In this document: in pieces, positions 18,312-26,506 of the stretch | Layout: each line of letters starts with the position of its first letter | Position numbering within the stretch: the stretch's first letter is position 1 | Origin: a virus | Taxonomy: Duplodnaviria; Caudoviricetes | Strand: one strand, 5' to 3' | IMG/VR virus record: IMGVR_UViG_3300042923_000933 | Location: 1 to 44,410 of that record | Length of the DNA stretch: 44,410 nt | Made by a program: the position numbers and the translations under genes | Notes under the pieces: model-generated | The model's database searches: none | Told to the model about the DNA's origin: nothing | What the model saw: only the letters and a program-made list of their open reading frames with translations

Positions 18312-18650
18312 ATGATTATGCTACAAATGATAACAAAATTATTACTCAACAAAACTTTTAAAACTAATAAAACAACGGACGCTGCGGATATAATTTGGAA
18401 AAATAAAGTATACCCTATTTATGTCATGGTAAGAAATAAGTTTATATTTTGCATGCAACATAAATTATTAAAAAGACAAGATATATTAAACTTTAAACTC
18501 TTACTAAATAAAAGTATAAATAAGAAAAAATATCTCAGGACCAACTTTAAAAATGATTGCCATGAAATTTACAGTAAACTTAAGGACACTAAGGTTTCAA
18601 AAAAACAGATGTTAGCCTTAAATAAATTTTTAGATCAATTTACAAACTAA
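18312..18650 (+). CDS. Hypothetical basic protein
   Basis: AAGGAGGT RBS; 112 aa; first gene of the FtsK operon. Confidence 0.7.
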   Translation: MIMLQMITKLLLNKTFKTNKTTDAADIIWKNKVYPIYVMVRNKFIFCMQHKLLKRQDILNFKLLLNKSINKKKYLRTNFKNDCHEIYSKLKDTKVSKKQMLALNKFLDQFTN

Positions 18651-18754
18651 CCATAGTTGTATTTTATCCAGGAAAGGAAACTTAAAAAATAAACAACCAT
18701 ATTTATTTTAATTTTCTTTCCTCTCTTACATAATAATTTTATTTGGAGGTTATA

Positions 18755-18892
18755 ATGGAACTATTTTTCTTGGACAAATTAATATTAAATTTTATAAAAA
18801 ATATTGATGCAAGAACTCTATTTTCTCTTTCTATTGGAGTATTAATTTTTACAACAATACTGGATAATAAAAAGAAGGTGAAAAGAAAATGA
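18755..18892 (+). CDS. Small membrane protein (45 aa, not in ORF track)
   Basis: GGAGGT RBS; MELFFLDKLILNFIKNIDARTLFSLSIGVLIFTTILDNKKKVKRK; ATGA overlap with the FtsK gene. Confidence 0.65.
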   Translation: MELFFLDKLILNFIKNIDARTLFSLSIGVLIFTTILDNKKKVKRK

Positions 18893-20103
18893 TTACTGAG
18901 TTTGCTATAGCCACAGGCATAGTTTATGGATTCAACTATTTTAAAAATCCTGCCACGAAAATAAAAAAAGATTTTAATAGAGTTATGTCAAATAACAATT
19001 TAGATTATAAAATAATTAAAATATTAGATAAAAATTATGGGCACAGTTTAATAATTAATTTAGGATATAACGGTTATGAAAAATTAGAAGGTACCAAAGA
19101 TATGTTAGAAACTTCTCTAGGATACATGGTTTATATAGAACAAAACAAAAATTTAAAAACTGCTACTATAGACATGATTAGGCCTATTTCAAATATTAAA
19201 TTTGAGCCTGTTAAAATTCAGCCATATGAGCTGTATATCGGCAAATCATTCACTCAAAGGACAATTATATCAAACATGAATAAATTTCCTCATGCGCTTG
19301 TCTCTGGACAAACTGGATGTGGCAAAACAGAGGAAATAAGAATTATCTTAACTAATCTTATTTATAATTATTCTAAAAGAGATATTAATTTATATTTTTC
19401 AGACTTATCAGATACAAACGACTTTATTATATTTCAACATTGTAGCCAAACAAAATTCTATGCAAGAAACATATATGACAGTTTAAAATTATTCAAATAT
19501 TTAATGCATTTATATACCAAAAGACTCTCTATATTTGCAAAGTTTAATTGTAAAAACATCCTAGAATATAATAAAAAAAATCATGAAAAAAGGACGTCTT
19601 ATGTTTATCTAATTTTAGATGAATTTGCAGACTATTTTCCTGCTAATCAACACATGGTTTATTATAAAGAAAAACAGGAATGCTACAATATTTTACGAGA
19701 ATTAATTAGAAAATCTAGGAAAGCAGGCATATTTCTTATAGTTGGCATCCAAAGACCAGATACTACAGTCCTGGATCCTTCACTAAGAAGTGGCCTATGT
19801 ACTAAAATAGCTTTTAGTCAAAACAATAATGCATCCAGCCTTACAGTATGCGATAGTAATGAACTTACTAATATAGAGAATAGACAAGCTTTGTTTATGG
19901 CAGGAAACAAAAGGGAATGGTTTAGAACCTTAGATGTGAATGATAAAATAATAAAAAAATATGTTGCTAATAGTTATATTATTTCAAAACCATACAAAGA
20001 GAACTCTCCTAACAAGACCACAAATATAGTTGATGTAAAAAAATATACTGAAATTAAAGAGTTACCTTCAAGAAAGAAATCTAAAAGAAGGATAAAATTA
20101 TGA
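18889..20103 (+). CDS. FtsK/SpoIIIE-family ATPase
   Basis: Walker A GQTGCGKT, Walker B LILDEFAD, RKAGI..IQRP; N-terminal hydrophobic segment. Confidence 0.9.
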   Translation: MITEFAIATGIVYGFNYFKNPATKIKKDFNRVMSNNNLDYKIIKILDKNYGHSLIINLGYNGYEKLEGTKDMLETSLGYMVYIEQNKNLKTATIDMIRPISNIKFEPVKIQPYELYIGKSFTQRTIISNMNKFPHALVSGQTGCGKTEEIRIILTNLIYNYSKRDINLYFSDLSDTNDFIIFQHCSQTKFYARNIYDSLKLFKYLMHLYTKRLSIFAKFNCKNILEYNKKNHEKRTSYVYLILDEFADYFPANQHMVYYKEKQECYNILRELIRKSRKAGIFLIVGIQRPDTTVLDPSLRSGLCTKIAFSQNNNASSLTVCDSNELTNIENRQALFMAGNKREWFRTLDVNDKIIKKYVANSYIISKPYKENSPNKTTNIVDVKKYTEIKELPSRKKSKRRIKL

Positions 20104-20705
20104 TATTGATGGAGAGAGATAAAAATATTTTAAGACATATAGAAAAATATAAAAGTATAACTCTTACTCAATGTAGTAAAATATTTTATCGTAATCATAA
20201 ACAAGCATATTACCAGGCTAGAAAAAGATTATCAATTTTATATAAAAATAAATATTTAAAAAAATATAGAAAGGACCCACGTTCTGAAACAATTTATTTC
20301 CTCAATAAACATCTAAGCTACCACGATTTAAAAGTATTTGATATATATGCAGATCTAATAAATATGGGAGCAGATATATTATTTTTTAAAACCAAATACA
20401 GAATTAATAATCCCAGTGGATACAGAGAAATAGACGCACTTATAGAGTGCAAATACAATGGATATTTCTATCCAATAATTTTAGAAATAGATATGTCGCA
20501 TTTTACAACTATAGAAAAACTTAACGATATATACAATTCTAAGCATTTCCAAGATAAATATAAGAAATTAGCACCTGATATATTTCCAACAGTTTTGATA
20601 TTTAGACCATACTTACCACTAGATCCATTGCATAGTGATTTATTTGACATATTGGTAATGCAGTTTAATAACTATAGTCTGGAGTCTCTCTTTGAAGATT
20701 ATTAA
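20100..20705 (+). CDS. Replication-relaxation (Replic_Relax)-like protein
   Basis: N-terminal winged helix (RDK.IL..I..ARKRL..L), H.L, DALI, ILEID; coupled to the FtsK gene. Confidence 0.75.
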   Translation: MILMERDKNILRHIEKYKSITLTQCSKIFYRNHKQAYYQARKRLSILYKNKYLKKYRKDPRSETIYFLNKHLSYHDLKVFDIYADLINMGADILFFKTKYRINNPSGYREIDALIECKYNGYFYPIILEIDMSHFTTIEKLNDIYNSKHFQDKYKKLAPDIFPTVLIFRPYLPLDPLHSDLFDILVMQFNNYSLESLFEDY

Positions 20706-20859
20706 CTAATTACTATAAACCCCTATTACTATATTTATTTCTAATTACTACCGTTAGTTTAAAATCCTTAAAATACTACTATATAGTTACTTAGATTATA
20801 CCTTTTAGGATACGTATTATTCACAGGTATAAAACAAAGGTACATCTGAAAGGTATAAT

Positions 20860-21378
20860 CTACATGAACTGAATAAATATAAAAAATACACTGAATATAA
20901 AAAAATATCCCTCTAGTTTTGTGCTGCTGATTTTAACCATATTCTTGCATGGATAAAACAATTCTACTCCTTCCCAAGTTAACATATCTAAAAATAGATG
21001 CGTAAAATATCCTATAGCAAAGTATAATGCTGCTAATTTAGATATAGGAACTATACAAGCAGTAAAAATTAGAAGGAATAGTAAGCTATGTGCCGCAGTT
21101 CTATGCTCTGTACACACTTTTAAAATAAGCGAAATTACAAACATTATTATCAGAGAGGCAATTATTAAATTATTATGTGTTACAAGTACTATAAGTACGC
21201 TCATTGTAAAATAGAAGCTTATAAATTTAAATGATTGTATTAAACTATAGTCTGCATCAACATCTGGCAACAATGCTCCTAATACGACAAAAGGTAAAAA
21301 TATAATTAGCTTAGGATGCATATGTATCACAGGAGATACTGTTGCAACTCCCACGCTTAAATGAGTTATTCCAGACAT
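20860..21378 (-). CDS. YdjM-like membrane metal-dependent hydrolase
   Basis: TH, GALLPDVD, HRTAAHSL, GY.THL.LD..T..GV.LFYP. Confidence 0.85.
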   Translation of the reverse strand: MSGITHLSVGVATVSPVIHMHPKLIIFLPFVVLGALLPDVDADYSLIQSFKFISFYFTMSVLIVLVTHNNLIIASLIIMFVISLILKVCTEHRTAAHSLLFLLIFTACIVPISKLAALYFAIGYFTHLFLDMLTWEGVELFYPCKNMVKISSTKLEGYFFIFSVFFIFIQFM

Positions 21379-21435
21379 AAAATCACCTCATTTTAGTAAT
21401 TGCCAACTGCTAAAATCTTATACATATAAAAAAGT

Positions 21436-21471
21436 TGTGGATAACTAGAAAAAAATCTAAGGTTATCCACA
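21436..21471. promoter_or_regulatory. Two perfect DnaA boxes in inverted orientation (candidate plasmid origin element)
   Basis: TGTGGATAA 21436-21444 and TTATCCACA 21463-21471 within a longer inverted repeat. Confidence 0.75.
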
Positions 21472-21479
21472 ACTTTTTA

Positions 21480-21508
21480 TTGCAATTTTATTACTTTTAA
21501 GATAAAAT
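21480..21508 (+). promoter_or_regulatory. Sigma-A promoter for rep, with long leader
   Basis: TTGCAA-17-TAAAAT. Confidence 0.6.
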
Positions 21509-21561
21509 ATTATACATAAATAAGAAAATTAATCGAATTTAAATAAAAATAAAAATGAATA

Positions 21562-21673
21562 GCAAAAATCCGTTAAACAGTTAGGTCGGCAAACTTGATG
21601 TTTAACGGATTATGAGAAGCTTTGAATCTCTCATAGAGCTTATAAAATAAGCTTATTTCTTTATTAACTTATG
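21562..21673 (-). ncRNA. Candidate antisense copy-number control RNA (about 110 nt)
   Basis: Minus-strand promoter TTGACT(21708-21703)-17-TATAAT(21685-21680). Ends in a 13-bp hairpin (21567-21579 / 21599-21611) followed by a U-run. Confidence 0.65.
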
Positions 21674-21784
21674 TAAGTAATTATAAATTATTCATACTTT
21701 ATAGTCAATAGTTTTTAACTAATTACTTTACTAAATTATGAAATAATTCAAAGCTTTCTCTGCTACTAAGGGAGGCTTATTTTA

Positions 21785-22594
21785 ATGCAATATAAAGTTA
21801 AACTTACAGAAGAAGAAATAAATAGAATAAATTTAGTAGACAATTCCAATATCAGAAAGAGCCTTATGAGTGTATATGCCTACATGATTAAGACAAACGA
21901 AAAATTAAATAATACATATGCAAATCTTAACTTAAAGAAAGATCCTTTTAAATTACAAATATCTTTCAGAAAACTTTTAGCTGCTTATAAAAGATATCAT
22001 TCAATAAAAAATTTACAGACATTAAAAAACAGAATAGATAAATTAATAAAACTTGGATTACTTGGAGTAGAAAAAATTAAGAATAAATCCTTCTATACTT
22101 TTTGTAGATTTTTACAGTTAGACAAAAAAGTAGACAAAAAGTTAGACAAAAAAAATCCTGCTAAGCCTATTGAAAACACTACACTTAATGAAGATGAGCA
22201 TTTACCTAAATCTAAAAGCTTTAATTCTATTAATAACTTTAACTCTAATACTAAAGCTACAGAAAGAAAAAAAATATCATCTTTGGAAGAAAGTAAAAAA
22301 ATAGTATTTAAAGCTTTTAAGGATTTAAGAGTAAAATCAAAGTGGATAAAGCAAAGGGTACTAAATAAAATAGAACGATACTGGTATAAGCTTTATAAAG
22401 ATGCAGCAATGTCTTACATATACAAAATTATAAATAGTGCTAGAAAGGCTTATTATGCTAATTACAATAAGTATATAAAAAATTCTAATATCTATAAAAA
22501 CGAAGTCGCACAGGAACTTAGTACATTCAATAATTTTCCACAAAGAAATTATAATTTTCAGGAACTGGAAAAAAAGCTTTTGGGATGGGAGTAA
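21785..22594 (+). CDS. Putative plasmid-type replication initiator (Rep)
   Basis: Winged-helix-like N-terminus; internal 12-bp repeats; C-terminal FNNFPQRNYNFQELEKKLLGW motif typical of clostridial initiators; upstream DnaA boxes. Confidence 0.7.
   Translation: MQYKVKLTEEEINRINLVDNSNIRKSLMSVYAYMIKTNEKLNNTYANLNLKKDPFKLQISFRKLLAAYKRYHSIKNLQTLKNRIDKLIKLGLLGVEKIKNKSFYTFCRFLQLDKKVDKKLDKKNPAKPIENTTLNEDEHLPKSKSFNSINNFNSNTKATERKKISSLEESKKIVFKAFKDLRVKSKWIKQRVLNKIERYWYKLYKDAAMSYIYKIINSARKAYYANYNKYIKNSNIYKNEVAQELSTFNNFPQRNYNFQELEKKLLGWE
22118..22153 (+). repeat. Three 12-bp direct repeats (iteron-like) inside rep
   Basis: TTAGACAAAAAA GTAGACAAAAAG TTAGACAAAAAA. Confidence 0.65.
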
Positions 22595-22601
22595 GTATTC
22601 T

Positions 22602-22757
22602 TTATTTATTGTTTTCCTTTATTCCATAATGATCCATAATTATTTTATATACCATATTGCTCACAGAGCGACCTTCGTATTCAGATTCTTCTTTTAATAG
22701 CTCATGCACTTTTTTAGATATTGTCACATTAATTCTGGTGCTTTCTTTTTTAATCAT
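22602..22757 (-). CDS. Ribbon-helix-helix (CopG/Arc-like) protein, 51 aa, not in ORF track
   Basis: MIKKESTRINVTISKKVHELLKEESEYEGRSVSNMVYKIIMDHYGIKENNK; AGAGGT RBS. Confidence 0.75.
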   Translation of the reverse strand: MIKKESTRINVTISKKVHELLKEESEYEGRSVSNMVYKIIMDHYGIKENNK

Positions 22758-22847
22758 ACTAGATACCTCTATATATTTTTTATACTAGTAGTATATATAG
22801 AGTACATCACTGTGTCACAACTTTACATCACATTACATCACTTTTAG

Positions 22848-23174
22848 TTAAAAATAATTCTTGTATTTCTCTTTTATTTTAGCAAAAAAATACATAACCT
22901 CTAATTTGCCATCTATAGGTAGTTTAGAGAACTCAATATATTTGTCTTTATAGTAAACACATTCCTCGTTACATAATCCTAAACTACATCCAACAACAAG
23001 TATTGTGGGACAAATTTTAAGAGCATGTCCAATCCTTTCTATAGTATAAGAACTTGGATCACTTTTAGTTTGTTCTATTTTAGATAAATAACTATAATTT
23101 ATTCCACTTAATTTTGCCAGCCTTCTAAGAGATAACTTTTTTTCTTGTCTATATTTTCTTATATCTAGCAACAT
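22848..23174 (-). CDS. XRE-family HTH regulator with Cys-rich C-terminal part
   Basis: IRKYRQEKKLSLRRLAKLSGINYSYLSKIE; C..GC...C...C; GGAGGT RBS. Confidence 0.85.
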   Translation of the reverse strand: MLLDIRKYRQEKKLSLRRLAKLSGINYSYLSKIEQTKSDPSSYTIERIGHALKICPTILVVGCSLGLCNEECVYYKDKYIEFSKLPIDGKLEVMYFFAKIKEKYKNYF

Positions 23175-23216
23175 TTAAACACCTCCAAACAATCGTTATT
23201 ACATTATATAATATAA

Positions 23217-23223
23217 TTCGACA
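23217..23223 (-). promoter_or_regulatory. Spo0A box
   Basis: TGTCGAA on the minus strand, 43 nt upstream of the XRE gene start. Confidence 0.45.
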
Positions 23224-23327
23224 AAATATAAACTAATTTTACATGGAAAAAATTCAAAATGTTGTAACATATGAAACACTACCTGTATTATAATAAAGAC
23301 ATAGTAGTTAACAAAAAATTAATATTA

Positions 23328-23367
23328 CGAACATGCGTTTGCATAAAATTAAAAAAAGTGGTATTTT
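23328..23367 (+). promoter_or_regulatory. LexA (SOS) box overlapping a sigma-A promoter
   Basis: CGAAC-ATGC-GTTTG (23328-23341) matches CGAAC-RNRY-GTTYG. It overlaps TTGCAT(23339)-17-TATTTT, which has an extended TG. Confidence 0.75.
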
Positions 23368-23536
23368 AAAACTAACAATACACTAATTATGAGTAAAAAT
23401 ATAAAATAAAATTCTAATAAAAAATACAATAAAAGTGGAAGAAATAAGAAATTTTCTTATACATAAATTAGTTTATAATTAATTAACATAAAAATTAAAT
23501 TTAAAAAATAGCTTTAATATCTGTGGAGGTAAGTAT

Positions 23537-23611
23537 ATGAGACAAGATCTAACTGAACTGCTTAAGACATTAGAGGAAGCATTACAAAAAATTGTAAAGA
23601 GCAGGGAATAG
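23537..23611 (+). CDS. 24-aa peptide, candidate SOS-induced antirepressor (not in ORF track)
   Basis: GGAGGT RBS; MRQDLTELLKTLEEALQKIVKSRE; 10 of 13 residues identical to the peptide at 24411. Confidence 0.65.
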   Translation: MRQDLTELLKTLEEALQKIVKSRE

Positions 23612-23612
23612 C

Positions 23613-23990
23613 CTACTCTTTACAATTTTTTTCTTTTAAACATTTAATTTTTAATTTTATTTCCTGTTCTAATACAGAAATAACAATATCCTTATCCTTA
23701 TCTGGAATTTTGCCATCATCTTTAATTAACCCATTCTCGATCATAGCATTTATAAGTACATCTAATGCTTGATAAGATTCGTAAGAAATATCTGAACCAT
23801 CTTTAGCCCAGTAAGTAATTGGTAGATTACTTACTTTGGAGAGCTTATTTATAAATTCTATAGTCCCTTTTATATTTCCTCTCTCTGTTTCAGCTATAGT
23901 CGATCTAGATGTACCTAATTTATCAGCTAATTGTTTTTGAGTTAAATTATTTTCTTTTCTGTATATTTTAAGCTTTTCTTTAAAGTCCAA
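23613..23990 (-). CDS. CI-like immunity repressor (XRE HTH, no S24 peptidase domain)
   Basis: LKIYRKENNLTQKQLADKLGTSRSTIAETERG; 125 aa; divergent from the cro-like gene. Confidence 0.85.
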   Translation of the reverse strand: MDFKEKLKIYRKENNLTQKQLADKLGTSRSTIAETERGNIKGTIEFINKLSKVSNLPITYWAKDGSDISYESYQALDVLINAMIENGLIKDDGKIPDKDKDIVISVLEQEIKLKIKCLKEKNCKE

Positions 23991-24033
23991 ACTTTTTTAC
24001 ACCTCCTTATACATATTATTATACACTATTTGT

Positions 24034-24181
24034 GTCATAAAACAAGACATAAATTATGACAAACAATATAGTAATATTGACATAAATTATGACATATACA
24101 TGTATATTGGACATTCTTAAAGATTTAAACCAATTTCAAGCATAAATGGAATTTGAAAAAGGTCATAAATTATGACATAAT
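24034..24181. promoter_or_regulatory. Immunity operators and lytic promoter
   Basis: 15-bp palindrome GTCATAAATTATGAC at 24162-24176; one-mismatch copies at 24046-24060 and 24079-24093; degenerate copy at 24034-24048. TTGAAA(24153)-17-CATAAT. Confidence 0.8.
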
Positions 24182-24217
24182 AAATTTGTACTTAAGAAAG
24201 GAGGCGCTTAAATAACT

Positions 24218-24427
24218 ATGACACTAAGAGAACTTAGGAAACAAAAAGGATTGTCACCTGGATTTGTTGCAAGCAAATTAAATATTACCTACAGACATTT
24301 TTACAGAATAGAGACAAGTGGCAATTTTTTAACAAGAAAAAGAGCAAAGATATTAGCAAATCTCTATGGTGTCAAGATAGCTGATATTTTAAAATACGGA
24401 GGGGATAAAAATGAAAGAGCTTCTTGA
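24218..24427 (+). CDS. Cro-like HTH protein
   Basis: 69 aa XRE HTH; first rightward early gene. Confidence 0.85.
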   Translation: MTLRELRKQKGLSPGFVASKLNITYRHFYRIETSGNFLTRKRAKILANLYGVKIADILKYGGDKNERAS

Positions 24428-24524
24428 GACGTTAGAAAAAGCATTAGATAAAATACAACAGGAAAGTGAAACTCAAAATGCAAAATCTGATAAAGGATTG
24501 GTAAACACAAATGGATTAGTTTAA
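24411..24524 (+). CDS. 37-aa peptide, paralogue of the 23537 peptide (not in ORF track)
   Basis: GGAGGG RBS; MKELLETLEKALDKIQQESETQNAKSDKGLVNTNGLV; overlaps the cro end. Confidence 0.65.
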   Translation: MKELLETLEKALDKIQQESETQNAKSDKGLVNTNGLV

Positions 24525-24546
24525 ATATAAAGGGGAGACAAGCTAT

Positions 24547-25338
24547 ATGAATGATATACAAATCTTTAAAAATCCAAGTTTTGGCCAAGTAAGAACAGTA
24601 ACTGTAAAAGGGAAAATTCACTTTGTGGCTATAGATATTGCAAAGGCTCTTGGATATAAGAATACGAGAGATGCAATATTAAAGCATTGCAGGTGGGTAG
24701 CAAAATGCGACGTACCTCATCCACAAAGTAAAAATAAGACAATAGAAGTCAATGCAATACCAGAAGGTGACATTTATAGATTAGTAGCAAATTCGGAATT
24801 ACCTGGAGCAGAGAAATTTGAAAGTTGGATATTTGATGAAGTGTTACCACAGATAAATCATACAGGTGGATATATACCATCTAGTGAAAATGATAGTGAA
24901 GAAGATATTATGGCAAAGGCTTTATTGATAGCACACAGAAAAATTGAATTGAAAAATAAAACTATTGCTGAGAAAGAAAGACAATTAGAGGAGCAGAAAC
25001 CTAAAGTAGTATTTGCAGATAGCGTAGCAGTAGCAAGAACTTCAATTCTTGTAGGAGATTTAGCAAAGCTAATAAAGCAAAATGGACACGATATAGGAGC
25101 TAAAAGATTATTTACATGGATGCGTGAAAATGGATATTTAATTAAAAGAAAAGGTACTGATTACAATACTCCAACTCAAAAATCTATGAAATTGAAGCTG
25201 CTTGAAACAAAAGAAACGACTATAAACCACAGTGATGGACATATAAGCATATCACGTACCCCAAAAGTAACAGGAAAAGGGCAGATATACTTTATTAATA
25301 AATTCAAAGACTTATTTAATAAAGAGGAGGTTATATAA
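24547..25338 (+). CDS. Antirepressor, BRO-N plus ANT/KilAC
   Basis: FG.VRT..FVA.DIA.ALGY, WIFDEVLP.I..TGGY, PKV.FAD.V, TPKVTGKGQIYF. Confidence 0.92.
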   Translation: MNDIQIFKNPSFGQVRTVTVKGKIHFVAIDIAKALGYKNTRDAILKHCRWVAKCDVPHPQSKNKTIEVNAIPEGDIYRLVANSELPGAEKFESWIFDEVLPQINHTGGYIPSSENDSEEDIMAKALLIAHRKIELKNKTIAEKERQLEEQKPKVVFADSVAVARTSILVGDLAKLIKQNGHDIGAKRLFTWMRENGYLIKRKGTDYNTPTQKSMKLKLLETKETTINHSDGHISISRTPKVTGKGQIYFINKFKDLFNKEEVI

Positions 25339-25450
25339 ATAAATAAAGAATTAAGAAATCTAGAAGCAACAACAGTTATTGCAAATAGAAAGAAGGAGAG
25401 TGAAGCTAAAAATATAAAGTTTGATATGAAATTCACAGGAGGAGAAAGGC

Positions 25451-26254
25451 ATGAATAATTTAATACCAGTTACATATAACAATGAAAGAATACTTACCAC
25501 TGAACAACTTGCACTGGTTTATGAAACCACCACTGATAATATAAAAAGAAATTTTAGTAATAATAAGGACAGATTTAAAGAAGGAGTACATTATTTTTAC
25601 CTAGAAGGTAGTGAACTTAAGGATTTCAAGAACCAGGTGAATAATATTCCCCTCGTTGGTAAAAGGGCAAGTCACTTATACCTATGGACAGAAAGAGGAG
25701 CAGACCGCCATTGCAAGATTTTAGATACAGATAAAGCATGGGAACAATTCGACCATTTAGAGGATACTTACTTTAGAGTAAAGGAAAATAAAATTAATAC
25801 TGAACAGCTTAGTCCAGAAACTCAATTAATACTTAGATTAAGCGAATCTATTGCAAGAAGTGAACTTGAGAATAAGCAGATAAAAGCTAAGATAACAGCA
25901 GTGGAAAGTAATGTACAAGCTATAAGAGATATCATAGTAATAAATCCAAAAGCTGAATGGAGAAAACAGACAAATAACATTTTAAATAGTGTTGGATTTA
26001 AGACTAAGAAATATCAAGAGGTTAAAGAAGAAGCATATAAAGCACTTGAAGAAAGAGGGAAATGTAAACTTAAGATAAGGCTTGAAAATTTAAAAGGTAG
26101 AGCATTAAGGCAAGGCATGGCACCAAGTAAAGCAGACAAATTAAATTACCTTGATGTTATAGCTAATGATACCAGGCTTAAAGAAATTTATATTGCGATA
26201 GTTAAAGAGATAGCTATAAAAAATGATATCAAAGTAAAGGAGGAGGCTGTTTAA
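25451..26254 (+). CDS. ORF6N (KilA-N-like) domain antirepressor-type protein
   Basis: ILTTEQLA..Y, NF..N..RF.EG.HY, LYLWTERGA.RH.K.L.TD.AW. Confidence 0.88.
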   Translation: MNNLIPVTYNNERILTTEQLALVYETTTDNIKRNFSNNKDRFKEGVHYFYLEGSELKDFKNQVNNIPLVGKRASHLYLWTERGADRHCKILDTDKAWEQFDHLEDTYFRVKENKINTEQLSPETQLILRLSESIARSELENKQIKAKITAVESNVQAIRDIIVINPKAEWRKQTNNILNSVGFKTKKYQEVKEEAYKALEERGKCKLKIRLENLKGRALRQGMAPSKADKLNYLDVIANDTRLKEIYIAIVKEIAIKNDIKVKEEAV

Positions 26255-26506
26255 ATGAAAGCTACAGGAATAGTAAGAAAAGTAGACGATTTAGGAAGAG
26301 TTGTAATTCCAAAAGAATTAAGGAATACATTAAATATTCAGGAAGGTAGCCCATTAGAAATATATACAGATGGTGGACAAATCATATTAAAGAAGTATGA
26401 ACCAGATTGTATATTCTGTGGTGAGGTAGAAGGTGTAGTGAATTGGAAAGGTAAGAATATATGTAAGAAGTGCTTACATGAACTGAGAGCAAAGGTGAGT
26501 AAGTAA
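26255..26506 (+). CDS. AbrB-family transcriptional regulator
   Basis: MKATGIVRKVDDLGRVVIPKELR..I.LKKY.P.CIFCG..C..C. Confidence 0.92.
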   Translation: MKATGIVRKVDDLGRVVIPKELRNTLNIQEGSPLEIYTDGGQIILKKYEPDCIFCGEVEGVVNWKGKNICKKCLHELRAKVSK

